Part shown: in pieces, positions 1 through 14,463 of the stretch
Numbering within the stretch: position 1 is the stretch's first letter
How the letters are laid out: every line of letters begins with the position of its first letter
Origin: Tubiluchus corallicola
Lineage: Eukaryota; Animalia; Priapulida
Direction of reading: 5' to 3'
Length of the DNA stretch: 64,000 bases
NCBI GenBank assembly: GCA_030141605.1
Contig: JAQGDQ010000029.1
Location: 620,001-684,000 of the forward strand
Notes under the pieces: generated by a model
Database searches by the model: none
What the model was told of the DNA's origin: nothing
The model's input: only the letters and a program-made list of their open reading frames with translations
Translations under genes and position numbers: made by a program

Positions 1-340
1 AGTGTTACAAAGTTTCTTTACATTTTTGAAACTAAATTAAATCCTATGATTAGCTATGCTTAGTAATCCTGTGATGATTGAACTTTATATTTTGATTTTT
101 CATTATTGATCTTTCGAAATCTGCTAGGAAGTCGTATTCTGAGATCAGGCGTGAATAATTGTCATTTTATGTGTTTTCAGTGTATTTATCAACGATGACT
201 GCTGAGCATAAATCGAGCTAGCGGGTGTTTTTTGCGCCTCTAGCTTTTTCGACCTCTGTAATCGTAAACAGTGGTTGTAAGAGATTGACGAATTACGGAC
301 AAATAAACGAAAAATGCCAATTTTCGTTCATTGACCACTC

Positions 341-495
<155 letters not shown>

Positions 496-1059
496 TCGTT
501 CATTGACCATTCCCTGCTCTCTCACTTTCCTCAGATTATAAACTTAAGAATCAACTTGATCAGTACTTTTTTCGATGCGCCCTGCAGAAGTAAAAAAAAG
601 AATGCCCCAAGAAAACCCGGCATTTTTTAACATCTCCTGCAAACTACTTTGTGTTTGTCATAAGCCAGACGAAATGTTATCGCTTAGCAGAACTACTTTG
701 ACGAAAACTGTTTGCCGAGTATGAGAGTGAAGTAAGTCCCAGTAAGACTCAGTTTTGTATTGAAGGTGATCAAAGCTGAAGCAATCATTTTACTCAAATG
801 AAAACATCTTGTATAACAAAACTAGTAGCACATAATAGAACTAAGCGGATAATCTAAGTATATTTTGAAAACATGTACTGCATAAAAAATATAAGCCACC
901 CATGTTAGTTTAGTATCTTTTAAGTCTCGTTTTGCAAAACAGAGACGTTTAGTTTCGTTTAGAAACGTTTAGTTAGATTAAAGTAAAGCTGGTTTGGAAA
1001 TACAGTGAAATTAATGAAAACGTTAAATATTTTACCTTAGTAATCAATAATCTGGTCTG

Positions 1060-1116
1060 TGCGCATGACTGTCAAGCTGTGTCATCTACTCCTATTGGAC
1101 AAACTTTCGACGTCAT
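1060..1116 (+). promoter_or_regulatory. Possible proximal promoter elements of the Reeler-DOMON gene
   Basis: GCGCATG (1061), reverse CCAAT box ATTGG (1094-1098) and CRE-like GACGTCA (1109-1115) cluster 250-310 bp upstream of ATG 1369. Short motifs only. Confidence 0.25.
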
Positions 1117-1368
1117 CAAATCTGTACTGTGACAGTTTAATCAGAGATTAAACTCTTACTTTGCGCTCTGTACACATTCATAGGACTGGAGAAAATTATA
1201 GCGTACCTGATTAATATATTGGGTGTTTTTGAAGGTGCGTTGAACAATCAGCAAAATAAATTCAAACACCGTATAGTGGTTTTCCAGCTAAACATTTACC
1301 TCAAGAATTTTCGTTTTCAAAACAAAACTGCTTTACAAATCACTACTTGAACGAAGAGCTTAGAGAAA

Positions 1369-1564
1369 ATGTACACACTCAAATTCGAGTCTTTCATCCC
1401 TGTGTTCATCACACTGAGTTTGGCATCATGTTATCCCAGAGGAGCTCCAAAGGGACGCTGCATGAACATGTTACCGAATCATCGAGTTGATCCGAGTACA
1501 GATCCTCCTCCCGTCTGGCTTGATGTCCGAAGCGCCGAATACGAACCAGGTGGAGAAGTAAGAG
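1369..1564 (+). CDS. Reeler-DOMON protein, exon 1 (signal peptide + Reeler N-terminus)
   Basis: Hydrophobic leader MYTLKFESFIPVFITLSLASC followed by YPRGAP..C..MLPNH..DP..DPPP..L.V....Y.PG, the typical Reeler start. Donor G|GTAGGA at 1565, phase 1. Confidence 0.92.
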
Positions 1565-2686
1565 GTAGGAACAAAATGAAGTAAATGATTATTTTTAGGA
1601 TTGTCTAACAACAGAAACGGAAGCTGGGTTCAGAGTTAAAGCTTTCAAAATGAAATGTTTGTTAGACTCGGTTGCATCTCGCCTATATATGCTTTTAAAC
1701 ATGAAAATTAATCATCTGTTTCGGAAAAAAATAAAAAAATATTTTGTAAAAATCATATTTGTTTTCCTTTAAAACAGATACTATCTGTTTTTCTTGAGAT
1801 CGGATAAAATCAACAAGACTAAGACCACAATTTTTATGAAAATGTTATTAATATCATTATTAGGTGATTTTGGTATCAACAGTGGCATATATTGTTGGTA
1901 TAATTTGTTATCACAATTTGAATGACAATTATAATTTGTTTCAATTAAAAGGACCTTATTTAGGGATGCGCCGTACTTATTTTGTATAATTATCCTTAAT
2001 ATAAACATTTAATATTAACTTAATATTTGGTCAAGGACTAGCGCGTATAGCCACAGAATAATTAATTATTTATTTTGACAACAGGCGACATGTAACGGCC
2101 ATTATCTAGCATACATGATTTAGACTTCCTCAGGTTTGAGATTAACTATCATTTACAGAAATCGCCACTTGCTTTGTGCACATCATAGTTTCGTTTATTA
2201 TCTGTGCGCAAGACAACCACTGCGTTTCAAACATGAGCTTCTTTTATATTTTATCCTTTATAAACAAGTTTTGGTAACTTTTTGAATAAGTAAGTTCAAA
2301 CCTGAGATGCAAATAAATTAGTTAACTATACAAATTAGCCGGTATCCTGCTGATATTCCAGTATTTTGCAAATTTTATTTTACGTACTGGAGCATTACAA
2401 ATACATACTGGAGTAGTACATGTGCATTTTTTTGTTTTCTAAATTAAGCGCTGATCTTAAAGCGTTGAAATGAGTGCTTTTAGGTTTTCCCTACTGCAGT
2501 CATACATGAGATTGTGTTTACCATAACGACATTATAACGTCGTGACACACGAGACGACATTGACGAAAACGTGAACGATGCCTATAAAATTATGAAGTTC
2601 TATGTTCGTGCTTTACTTTTTATTTTGCAATAAAACGTTTTTGCAAATTTAACTTTACGATACTATACATATAGTTTATAGTTTAC

Positions 2687-2915
<229 letters not shown>

Positions 2916-5900
2916 ACAGGTATTACCGGTATTATTCTTATTATTGTAGTTTTTTATAGTTAATCACGAATACAGCAAGATGAGCGAGTTTAAAAACATA
3001 TTACAGTTTCAGCAAAGAAAAATAAAAGCACTTTGCATAACCTAAAGAAATCACACGCACTCGCAACTACGGCAAGAAGTAAAATATTTTTTAAATAGTT
3101 CCTGCTACTTTAAATCAGATGTCTAAAGCAAAGAAGTTTGCATCTGGTATTAAAAATAATATTATATCAAGGAAGCATCAGTTTCTATTATCCTATCACC
3201 ACACAATGTTAGATCATTTAGGTCGTGAGAAATCAACAGCTAGTCAACAAGTAGCTGAAAAACTATTCAAACTATGGACATGCCAATCGATCTAATATGA
3301 ATTTTTATTTATATTTATCGTTACGTGTTCATTGTAAGAAAAATGGGTATTACTGTTAGGACAGAGTTATAAACTTCTTCTCTGACATCGTTATAATATG
3401 GACATTTACAACAAAATGTATTTCATCTTCAAGTTTGTTATTTAAAAAAATTCCTAACAGTATGTGGGTTTAAACATGAATAATTGTCCTGGAATTAACT
3501 GCTTTTTCTACAAAACTGGTTGCACATTTCACGCACATGCAGCTAATGCACCGTGTAAAGAGATTTTAACTTTACCGATTGTAAATATATTCTAGCGTAA
3601 ACACATCGCTCTGTTAATCTTTTACTTGGTAGTAAAGAGGGTTGATGCTTACAGATGTAATAAGTGACAATTACCCAAAAATTACTAGCTAGTTTAGTAA
3701 TGCTTCCGCAATGTTTCCGTAGTATAGATAAATATTTTCTATCCGTTGATTTTATCAAATAAATGTCAAAGCACTTTACAAAGCTTAAAAGAGAAAAAGA
3801 AATTTTAAAGTACACTGTGTATCCCAGAGAGCTTTCCATGCAAAGTAAATTTAATGAGCATTATGTTTAGCTTTTTGAAGGACTTATGCAGTTGAGAAAG
3901 AAAATTCTTAATAATTTAAAATATTTACGCCACCTGGTAGAGCATACTGCATCCGCTTCTCAGTGTGCATCACTGACACCCGACCCCCCACCCCCACCCC
4001 AGAAAACACACTATTGATTTTATTGACCATATAAAATAATTTGAACTGTTGCTTAGTAAGCGTAGAGTGTGCTACGAATACTTTGGTTATTTTTTCAAAC
4101 TTTACGCAATGTTATCTAAATTTCTTTCCAACGGCTGTCATCACAGACGTTTAATTTATAAGTTTATACAACATTGCTACTAACGTAAGCCCTGTGTGCA
4201 ATAAGGCAACAAGTGACAAAATTTTAAGACGATTTTTTTAAGCTTTATTTACGAAGACTGTATTCTTGTGCTTTAAAGGGACAATACACACAATAAACGA
4301 AATATATTTGTAAAATTATTGCTGCTACGATAATATAATACAAGATATTTAAATGAAGCGATATAACAGTGATTAGGTCAGTTTATTTACCCGTAATTTC
4401 AAAGTTGAGAATACGAATTAAAGGCTCCTTGCATGTCTGCCTACCTGAAATTATGATAAGCATAGTACACTCCACTAGTTGGTTACAATGGTATTTCATT
4501 TGTTAGCTATATTTGTTAGAAGATAAAAGCTGTATCGTCTTTTCAGTAATTAGGCTTATTTCTTTATTTACAATGTTTAATGGTCTCGCCCTGGATAATT
4601 TAAAGGAACTTAAAAATGTTAGTTTGCGTTAGATTGTGCTAGGTTGTTTTGGTACGCGTCTTGCTGCTCTTTATCAGCTGCATGGCTAATAAAGTACCTT
4701 CAAGTTCATGGTCTCCAAGTAATATCGAACTTAATCAAACAAACTTTGATTACCGTTAAGAGTTTCAATACCTATAGGAACCAATAATTACGCAATTAAC
4801 TGTACTGCATTAATTAGTCACATAAAAATTACGATAATTGCCGCATTTGACACGCACATTAATTTGATAAGCAGCGCGTGCAGTAAATGAAACCAACCAT
4901 ACAGATGCCTTATTGACTATCAGCATGATTACAACGTAAGTATTAACGTGGCCGGTGTCTGAGGCTGGAACCCACTGTGAGCTTAAGGACTGAAACTCTT
5001 ATTATGCTTTTTTCGTAACTCTGACACTGATTTCTTCTGAAATGTAGGGGCACGTGAATTCACGAGGAAAGTCTTGGATGTAGCTCTGTATTGATTACGT
5101 CTCTGATCCTGGTCTAGTATTCTTATTATTGCGTTTATTAATTTTTCCTATATTTCGGACAGTGACAGTAACATCTGTGTGGTCAAAAATATTCAATGCC
5201 GAACCTGATCAGCTAGATGGTTGATCGCTAGAAAAATTGCTTATTACGGCTATTTCACCTGCCAAACTGCCTCGGGTATTTATCTCATTAAGGAGAATGG
5301 GGCAGTGCATACATCAACACGTAGCGAAGGCACCTTTTCCTGTTCAGTATCCCTTCTTTTGGGATTACTCTTTATAGTGAGATAGTTCTCATCTTACTAC
5401 AACCAACAACATGTAAAATGCACAAGCTGTATTATAAATTTAAGGCAAATTCCATTTCTGCAGTCTCTCATCTTACACCTCAAGCGTCCATCTATAGCGG
5501 TTATGATTTTTTAACTGCGCCAATTATTGACTTTATTTTATATAACGTTTTTAACTCTTTTACCTATAACTTTGTGTAGTGTCTCCAATGGTTATGATTA
5601 GGTTATAACTAACTGCTTTCCATTGTTTAAGTCAGTTACACAACTCCCCTCATTATACTACCGTCTTTGATTACTCGATTTCAGTGTTGGTTCAACCTTC
5701 AAATAACCTTGTTATTGGCAAAGATGCGTCGAAAGAGCCGCAACATTCGCAGTTAAAGATAACTTTCGCTGTTTATTGTTAAATTTACGCCACCTTACGG
5801 CTTCCCATTCGTACAACTGCGTGTAATAATGCTGACGCAACAGATTCTACGTTCTCAGATTTGCAATCGAATGTCTCGCTGCTGAATTTGCTCTTGAAAA

Positions 5901-6959
5901 AATGTTTCTTCACATACCTACTCTCCTTTCATATCTATGTGTTCTTTTTTTTTGCTTTTTTGGTATGCTTTTTACTTTCCATTTTAGTTACATTTCTTTT
6001 GCCTTTTTCTGCATTGATTTTGTAAAAGCGATTAAAATTTTTGAACATTACTTGAACATTAGCTCGTTCGGTCAGCTATTTATTTAGTTAACTGATTAAT
6101 CATAAAAGTAAAGAAATAATATTATGGCAATTGTTATTTATTTAAAAAGACAATTAATAAATAATAATTGTATGGTTGTTCCTTTACTTTTTATTTGTCT
6201 ATTCTTCCGTCTTTTTGTTCGCTTATTTGTCCACTCACTTATTTTCCCCTTTGCTTATTTATTTGTTAGTCTGTTTGATCATGTATTTGTTCATTCTATC
6301 TATCATTCGTTTAACCAGTGGTCTCTTTTTTCGCTGATTCGTTTATTTCAAGATTTGTTCATTTCTCTAATTGTTCCTTTATTTCTTTTTTAGTAGTTAA
6401 ATAGTATTAAGTTTTAGTATTAAATAGTATATACAAGAAGGCTTCATGGTATGCCGCCTTTTTCTTGGCTTCTTGCTAGATATTGTTACCATCTTTAGTG
6501 AAAGACGACAGTTAAAAAATTCCGTTTAGTGAAACACTTCAACTTCTGTTGAATTATGTGAATCTGGCTGAATTCGGATGAGTCATATAAAGAAAAAGCT
6601 TTAGTTTTGAAGCGGCTTTATAAACATAATACGTCTTCACGAATAACAAGACATAAATTTTTAAAAATGGCATTTATAAACCTAGAAGTGCAAATATTGT
6701 TACTATCTTGGTTACTATGGTAACATGGAGTCAGGTAAATCTCTAACAGGTGTATTGATGTGCAAGTACTACCCGGGGAAGGGCACGGATTCAGTGAAAA
6801 TATCTGCCAAATCGATGTCTCTGTTTACCCAAGTTGCCATAGAAACCACTGCTGAATTCTCAAAAGGCCGATTGTCTTGTCGATTTAATTATGGTGTTTC
6901 AGCGAGTGTGACGATGGTTTTATCCATGCATACCTTGTTAATAATGATACCGCAGAATG

Positions 6960-7443
<484 letters not shown>

Positions 7444-8867
7444 AATACCATAAACAAAGGCAAATCTTTACATATATTGTTTTTATTTCAGAAAAAATAA
7501 TTATTGTAATTAATCAATGTAATTAATGTAAACTGAACTATATAAAATTTTACAGTTCTAAATTCAATTACAATTTGCATTCTTACATAGAGATAAGGGC
7601 TCCCTTAATGAGCGTTGAAATATTTATATTTGAATGAAAACCATCTATTGACCAATTCGTGTTAGTTAAGCATTTCATAAAAAAATGGTTGTCAAGTCAT
7701 TCAAGGATAGAAAGTGGGTATATGTGAAACCCACCAATAATTTTGTGAGCAACAAAGTGTATAACTGATTCCTTTCCACTTTTCTAGGTTTAATTAATTC
7801 TTATAAGTCTTACATTTTAACAATTTCTTGTTTAGCAGACGCCAGCAGAATACTTTAGTATAATCTTAAATTACGATTGAGCTTACGTGTTAGAACCTCT
7901 CAAGAAAGCTGTTACAATTACTACACACCTAAATTATACATGTAATTATTACTTGTAACTTTGTCATTTTAATTACGGACACCGACACTTGACACCACCG
8001 CCCATGAATCTCATTGTTGTCCAGCAAATTAATTTTATTAGCGAGGAGTCTGCATTGAAGATTCGATTTCAAATTTTGTGCATCGCCATCAATAACGGCT
8101 GTATTAGTCAGCTCAGCTATAGCAAGCAGGTGGAACGCATTCATTAGGGCATGTAATTACCACCATTTAGCGGTGGTTTTTACGGGCACTTAAAGGCACA
8201 CTCAGAGAATCTCTAGCAGCTGCCAATCACGTAAACACGGGTCAATACCATTCAAGTATTCATTGAGCGTTTTGTAGTATTTCAATTGCAAGTTCTTTCC
8301 ACGAATGCAAGTTCTTTTTGGCTTCCTTTGTACGGGTTTCTGCTTACTTTCCAAAAACTCGTATCTGCTCTGATAGCGCTATCACATTGATAATAATAAG
8401 CTTAATTTTGTCGCTGTACGAAACGGTTTAGCTATAACAGGTCTTTTCCAAAGCTTTTCGGCAATATGTTGATAAAACCTTTGAATATTATGTATGTTAA
8501 TACCATTTATGTATATATATGTATGTTTGAAATAAACTGATTTATTAAATGAAACGTGAGCCTTCACTATAACTATAAGTGCACCGCAAAATTAAAATAG
8601 CTGATGCCAGCAACAAATTCCATTGAAAAGAAGTTCTGGGAATGCCAAGAGCAAAAGTGGAGTAAAAACGTTGCACCTGGCGTAAAGTGGGAATCGCTAC
8701 CTATTATCAATCCGGAAATAGCAACTTTTACTTGTTTATTCAACTTTCTCCTTTGCGTGTTCCCGTATTTACTCAGAGCGTTTACACCACATATTATTGA
8801 TGAAATACTTTCCTTTAACTACATTGATGTCTAGGGAAAGGTACAGGTGCGAATATTTCTGCTCCTG

Positions 8868-8879
8868 TCGTCGTCGTCG

Positions 8880-8917
<38 letters not shown>

Positions 8918-8925
8918 GCTGCTGC

Positions 8926-8957
<32 letters not shown>

Positions 8958-8966
8958 CTGTTGTTG

Positions 8967-9021
<55 letters not shown>

Positions 9022-9049
9022 ACTGCTACTGCTACTGCTACTGCTACTG

Positions 9050-9119
<70 letters not shown>

Positions 9120-9175
9120 CACTGCCACTACCACTACCACTACCCCTACCACTACCACTACGGCTACCACTGCCG

Positions 9176-9226
<51 letters not shown>
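8868..9226. repeat. Compound trinucleotide microsatellite (GTC/GTT/GCT/ACT/ACC)
   Basis: Read directly; explains the poly-A/V/Q/C/L ORFs. Confidence 0.97.
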
Positions 9227-9229
<3 letters not shown>

Positions 9230-9492
9230 AATTGATATTGATTACTTATTCACTTTTCCAGCAAACATGCACGCACATCCGCATTAAATTTCATTCCTTT
9301 CTTTCCTCAGTGGTGGCTGAATAGTAGTAGTAGTAGTATAGTAGTAGCAGTAGTAGTAGTAGCAGCAGCAGCAGCAGCAGCTACTACTACTACTATTCAG
9401 CCACCACTGAGGAAAGAAAGGAATGAAATTTAATGCGGGTGTGCGTGCATGTTTGCTGGAAAAGTGAATAAGTAATCAATATCAATTTGGCA
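9225..9492. repeat. Long inverted repeat, 112-bp arms, 44-bp spacer
   Basis: 9225-9336 is the reverse complement of 9381-9492, with one mismatch seen. Confidence 0.95.
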
Positions 9493-11275
9493 ATCTCAGC
9501 AGCCCATAATAATGAGTATAGATTTAAAAAATCTCTTTGGATTAAGCAAACATAATCTTCTTCTCCACAGGGAGAATTATATGGCTTTTTGTGGCTTCAG
9601 TTTGATAAGTCAGCTTATGGCGGAGCGCAAGACTTGGAACCTGTCGCAACAGTACCTTGACAATCTGATACATTTGCGACAAATAATTATCAGTTACCAT
9701 GGCAACGTAGAAACTTTATCCACATTACAGTTGACGGAATTATTACTATAACCAGACAGGCTTTTAGGATTGATTTTTTGGTGCTTTTGTGTGGGGGCTT
9801 TAAAAGCAAACAACACGGTCACACTCTCCGTAACAAACAAAAGAGATTACGAATTTATAATTATCCATTTTATACTGCTGCTAAGCTAACACCTACGTTG
9901 ATTTCCAGTGAGTTAAATAAAGATTATTATCAACACAATAAAAGTTGAAATTTAAAATGAAAAATTTTTTAATGTACATTTTAATGCACAGTAACCTCAT
10001 CTTTTGTCTATTAAGTTTAATAAATTAATACGCTTTGCAATATGCAGAGAACACTGCTTGCTATTAAAAACAAAAAAAGTTGTTATGCACCACTTTCACT
10101 GAATTCCCTGTGGGTGACCTTAATCAGTGATCTTTGACCTGAAGTTTCGTAAGCAGTTTGGATTTGTTGCGAAATCACGAATGGCTGAACCGCTTGGAAT
10201 GAAAAGCATTGCTGAAAAAACGCTGTTTGTTTCGGTGTAGCTTAAGTTCATAGTTTCTCCAAATTATTTTTATTCCTGCCTTATTATTCATTTTATGTTA
10301 TGTCTTCGTAGCAGTCTGGGTGAGGCTACGCCATCAAAGGGGCTGCCCTACAGCTTTGGTTGGGTGAGATTTATTTATAATTTTTTTTATTTTACTTAAA
10401 AAATTAAAAGATCAGTGATTCGGTCGATGATGTAAACGATGATGTAGATGATTTAGCTTATGTTGAATTGTGATCATATTAACAAGCTTAAAAAGAACTG
10501 ATGGAAAGAAAAAGAACCTACCGAATCTGAGTATGTAAAAACTGATACTCTAACTTTAACAATAACAAAAAAACAATAAATGATAAATAAACCCCCAAAT
10601 AAACAAACAAGTAACCATCAAAATAAATACCATTGAGTCAGACGTTCTCACATATTTGTGTCACATCGAAACGGTGAACTGACGAAGATTTAGTCAGACG
10701 ACAGCAGACCTCGTCTAATCCTGCAATGAATAACCTGCAAACAACTTAACCAGTACCTTGGTGTTTTACATGTCAAGTATTTATAAATGGCTTTCTATAC
10801 GGGTATTTCAAGATCAGTATTACAGATAAATACAGCAGCCCAATCGGAAACTAATTGTTTTTCTGTAACATTTTAGCCTAGGCTGCTCATTTTAGGTAGG
10901 TCATTAGCATGTTCTCAGTTATCGCGTCTCAAGGTATAGATTTATCTGTTAACACTTGCTACAAATTGATAGCAAGGCACAGTTATTATTCTGTTTAGGA
11001 ATGCTTCGTCTAAACATTACAGTATCTAGTTTGTGGTTGGACGAGGCTTTGACATCAGTTGTTCATTTATCTAAAATACTTTACAGGTCAAAAGCAAACC
11101 CCATCCAGGTGTTCCCCACTGCCATGCATCTCTCGCTGATCCACAATCTCTTGTAATTACGTTGTTACATTGTTTAAAATCAATCAGGGACTAATAAACG
11201 AACTTCTGGATAAATACTGTTGCTTGACTAATCTGGTGGCTTTGCACTCACCAGACAAGTTTTTGTTTCTTTCAG

Positions 11276-11498
11276 TGGTCATACGAGGTGTATACAAAGG
11301 TTTCATGCTTCAAGCCAGAAACGATTCTGGAGAGAACATAGTGGGAACATTTTTGCTTCAACTACCGCCCAAGACGCAGATTCTTCAATGTGATCCAAAC
11401 ATTAACAATGCTGTGACGCATCAGAACAATGTGTACAAAACTGACCAACAATTTATTTGGAGAGCACCGCCACATGGCGTGGGAACTGTGAACTTCTA
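11276..11498 (+). CDS. Reeler-DOMON protein, exon 2 (Reeler core)
   Basis: Acceptor TTTCTTTCAG|, phase 1 (G+TG = Val). Reeler motifs YKGFMLQAR...IVGTF...C....NAVTH...K....F.WRAP...G.V.F. Donor TA|GTACAT, phase 2. Confidence 0.95.
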
Positions 11499-11517
11499 GT
11501 ACATATATACTCAACAT

Positions 11518-11784
<267 letters not shown>

Positions 11785-11915
11785 TCAGAAATTTCATCAA
11801 ACTTCTGAAAGATATGTAAATGTTAATGTTCAGAGACAATTTAATCGTATAATCATGTAGCATAGTTCTGAAATAAATTTTTATTATTGTATATGTTTGA
11901 TACTTACCTTTACAG

Positions 11916-12103
11916 CGCTACTGTTGTTCGTACAATGAGAACATTCTGGGTGAAAATAAAATCACGTGATGTACTAGATAGCACTAAGCCACAGTTGACA
12001 GCAGCCCCAGTTACAGAAACTACTTCTATGATGATGGAAACGTCAACCCTAGAGCCTCAAACAATTGCTATAAGCTCAATGACCACACTCCTAGAAACAA
12101 CAC
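11916..12103 (+). CDS. Reeler-DOMON protein, exon 3 (Reeler C-terminus + Thr-rich linker)
   Basis: Acceptor TTTACAG|, TA+C = Tyr, giving FYATVVRTMRTFWV (Reeler last strands). Donor C|GTAAGT, phase 1. Confidence 0.95.
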
Positions 12104-13206
12104 GTAAGTATTTTAAAATAACACAACACATAAGACTGTCAGCGACGGGTCAGTTTTTTACTGAAGAAACATTTGAAGTAGGACGTAATCTTTCGTACTG
12201 CTTAAAGAGACTACTATCGGTATGCAAATTATTTTTGTAGGCAAATTTGCTAAAATCGTGTTATTCGTAAGGGTACACTGCATATAGTGGAGCTACAGCA
12301 TGAACGCATCATGAACATTTCTAAATTCAATTCTCATAAAATTTGTAAAAAGCATTTTCACATTGCAAGCAAGCATGACGAATCTGCAGTCATATGTTAT
12401 AATAGCTATTTTTATGCTGTAATTATTTTTCAGAACCTATTGAAACAACTAAATCAGTGGAAGATACAAGTAAGCTTCTACATCCATTTTTAAAATCAAT
12501 CCGCTAACGAAATATATAACTAAACTGTTAAGAATATAAGTTTTTATTTCACTTACTTGTCTCAATTAGTCTCAATTTTTTACTTTTTTTCTATGGTCTT
12601 TCCCCTTGAAGCTTCTGGCCGATTATTTTCGCACGTGTTAAAAGGCCTGAACATCAAAATATAAACAAATCTCGTGATTCTATAAACTGATGCTTAGCCT
12701 ACATTGCAAACGTGATGAGAAATTATTTCTGCCTAACAAAATTGATGATAATTATGTTCAGGCACGCTAATGCCTAGGTATAATTATTCAGCATTACAAC
12801 AGTAGCAACTGATTAACAGGTAGCTTCTATAAATCATTCTCTATGTTCACCTGGTTATATGCACAATGGCAATGAGGTATAAAACAAAAAAATGTTCTGG
12901 AGGTCTATTATTTGATGTTTTTGCATGAAAGTGGTTAAACAAAAGACATCATGCAACGTACAGGTTTGTAAACTATTCACATATGTAGCATGTTTTATTA
13001 CTTTGCTTGTGTTTTGTTGTTATCTGAATGTTAATAAACGAATAAATATTTTGTTGATGTGAATTTGTTTGTATTTGCATGAGTATACATAATTAAGGCT
13101 AGAACAAAAAGGTGCAAACAATAATAAACGTCCGTTGTTCGGCCACATTTGAATTTAATCCTTTTACACATTATCTGCCTAATTTTGAAGTGCAACTGTT
13201 TGCCAG

Positions 13207-13293
13207 TTTTGCGGCATTCTGAACCAGAAACTAAAGAACCGCACTACTGTGCGGCTCATGCTACATCATGTACTACTGACGCTTGTTCAGAAG
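13207..13293 (+). CDS. Candidate 87-nt cassette exon (phase 1-1)
   Basis: TTTGCCAG| ... AAG|GTACAA; stop-free LRHSEPETKEPHYCAAHATSCTTDACSE; phase fits both neighbours; SEPE motif resembles exon 4. Confidence 0.4.
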
Positions 13294-14463
13294 GTACAAT
13301 AAAACTACAACTGACTGCCGGGCAAAAACTAGAAAACTACTAATGGTGGCCAACACCCTTCCAAAAATTACTTCTGAAGACCAATTATAGCTTATACAAC
13401 CATTTTCTTAAGATCCAGGAAAACTACTGAGATTTGCTTATAAACTCAGACATGTTGGCTGAAAGTTACAGGAGAATGGTATCAAATGCCCATTGTTTTC
13501 TGTTTGTTAATTGCCAGTATGGTGGTTGGTGGGGTGCTAAGCATGTTATGTCGCTTAACTAGCATGAAAAAGCTGTTGTTGGAGGTTTGAAAAAGGGTCT
13601 GGTGTTTATTTTATTATTATTATAAATATCAGTTTTTAGGTGTAGCTGGTGCCATTATTGTCAGCAGTGTCATTATCAAGTTCTGTGCTATGCAGGTTTT
13701 GTCGTTACGTCTGTTTAATGATCATGTAATTTCGGTTTGATGTTGCAAAGATGTCAATAATGGTGATTATTGTTGCTTTGTACTTTGGCATGAGCACGCA
13801 TGCGCAGAGTACGAGAGCATTTGTGAGATGGATGGTAAGCACGATTTTTTTATGTTAATTGCATGTATCTTCTAGCTTTAGGTATCTTGTGACGTCGCAT
13901 AATAAAAGCTGTAGTGAGTTTCTAGATGAAGAAATCTAACCGAATTTCTACACGAATCTAAAACAAGTAAACTTATTAAAGCAAAAGCAGAATGCACATT
14001 TCACATTGCAGTAACCTAGTCCATTCTGCGCGTGGACCGAGTTTTCCAATGTGAATTGTTCTATCAATGACTAAGAATGTGTTCCAGCAACACCAAACAA
14101 AACGAGTGAAGGAACTTAGGTTGCTAAAAATAATAATGATATCTCACAGTCAAACTTATAACCTTACATTTTTTATTTTTCTCCCCACTTAATAGCATTT
14201 TATATTCTTCCCTTTAAATACCATTCATACTACATTTGAAATTTACTTTTCTGAAATATCATTCACGATTACACTTCATAGGTAATTACTGCAATTTCAT
14301 TATTCACTTACTTACAAAGATTGACACTCCTTCACGTCTAATCTTTTTATTGTTATTTGTAACTATTGTTTTGCTATTGTTCATGCATTATTATTGTCGA
14401 CAAAATCGGTAAATTAACGAATTATATGTAGATAAAGTAATAATTTTCTTTTTTTGAAAACAG

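Noticed and set aside
3979-4000. G-quadruplex-capable C-run tract
   Set aside because: Isolated intronic low-complexity run with no supporting context; no equivalent G4 element seen at the myc promoter.
8769-9324. Homopolymer ORFs (also at 2663-2905, 31762-32206, 42529-42732, 50378-50719)
   Set aside because: Tri- and tetranucleotide repeats that lack stop codons; no coding signal.
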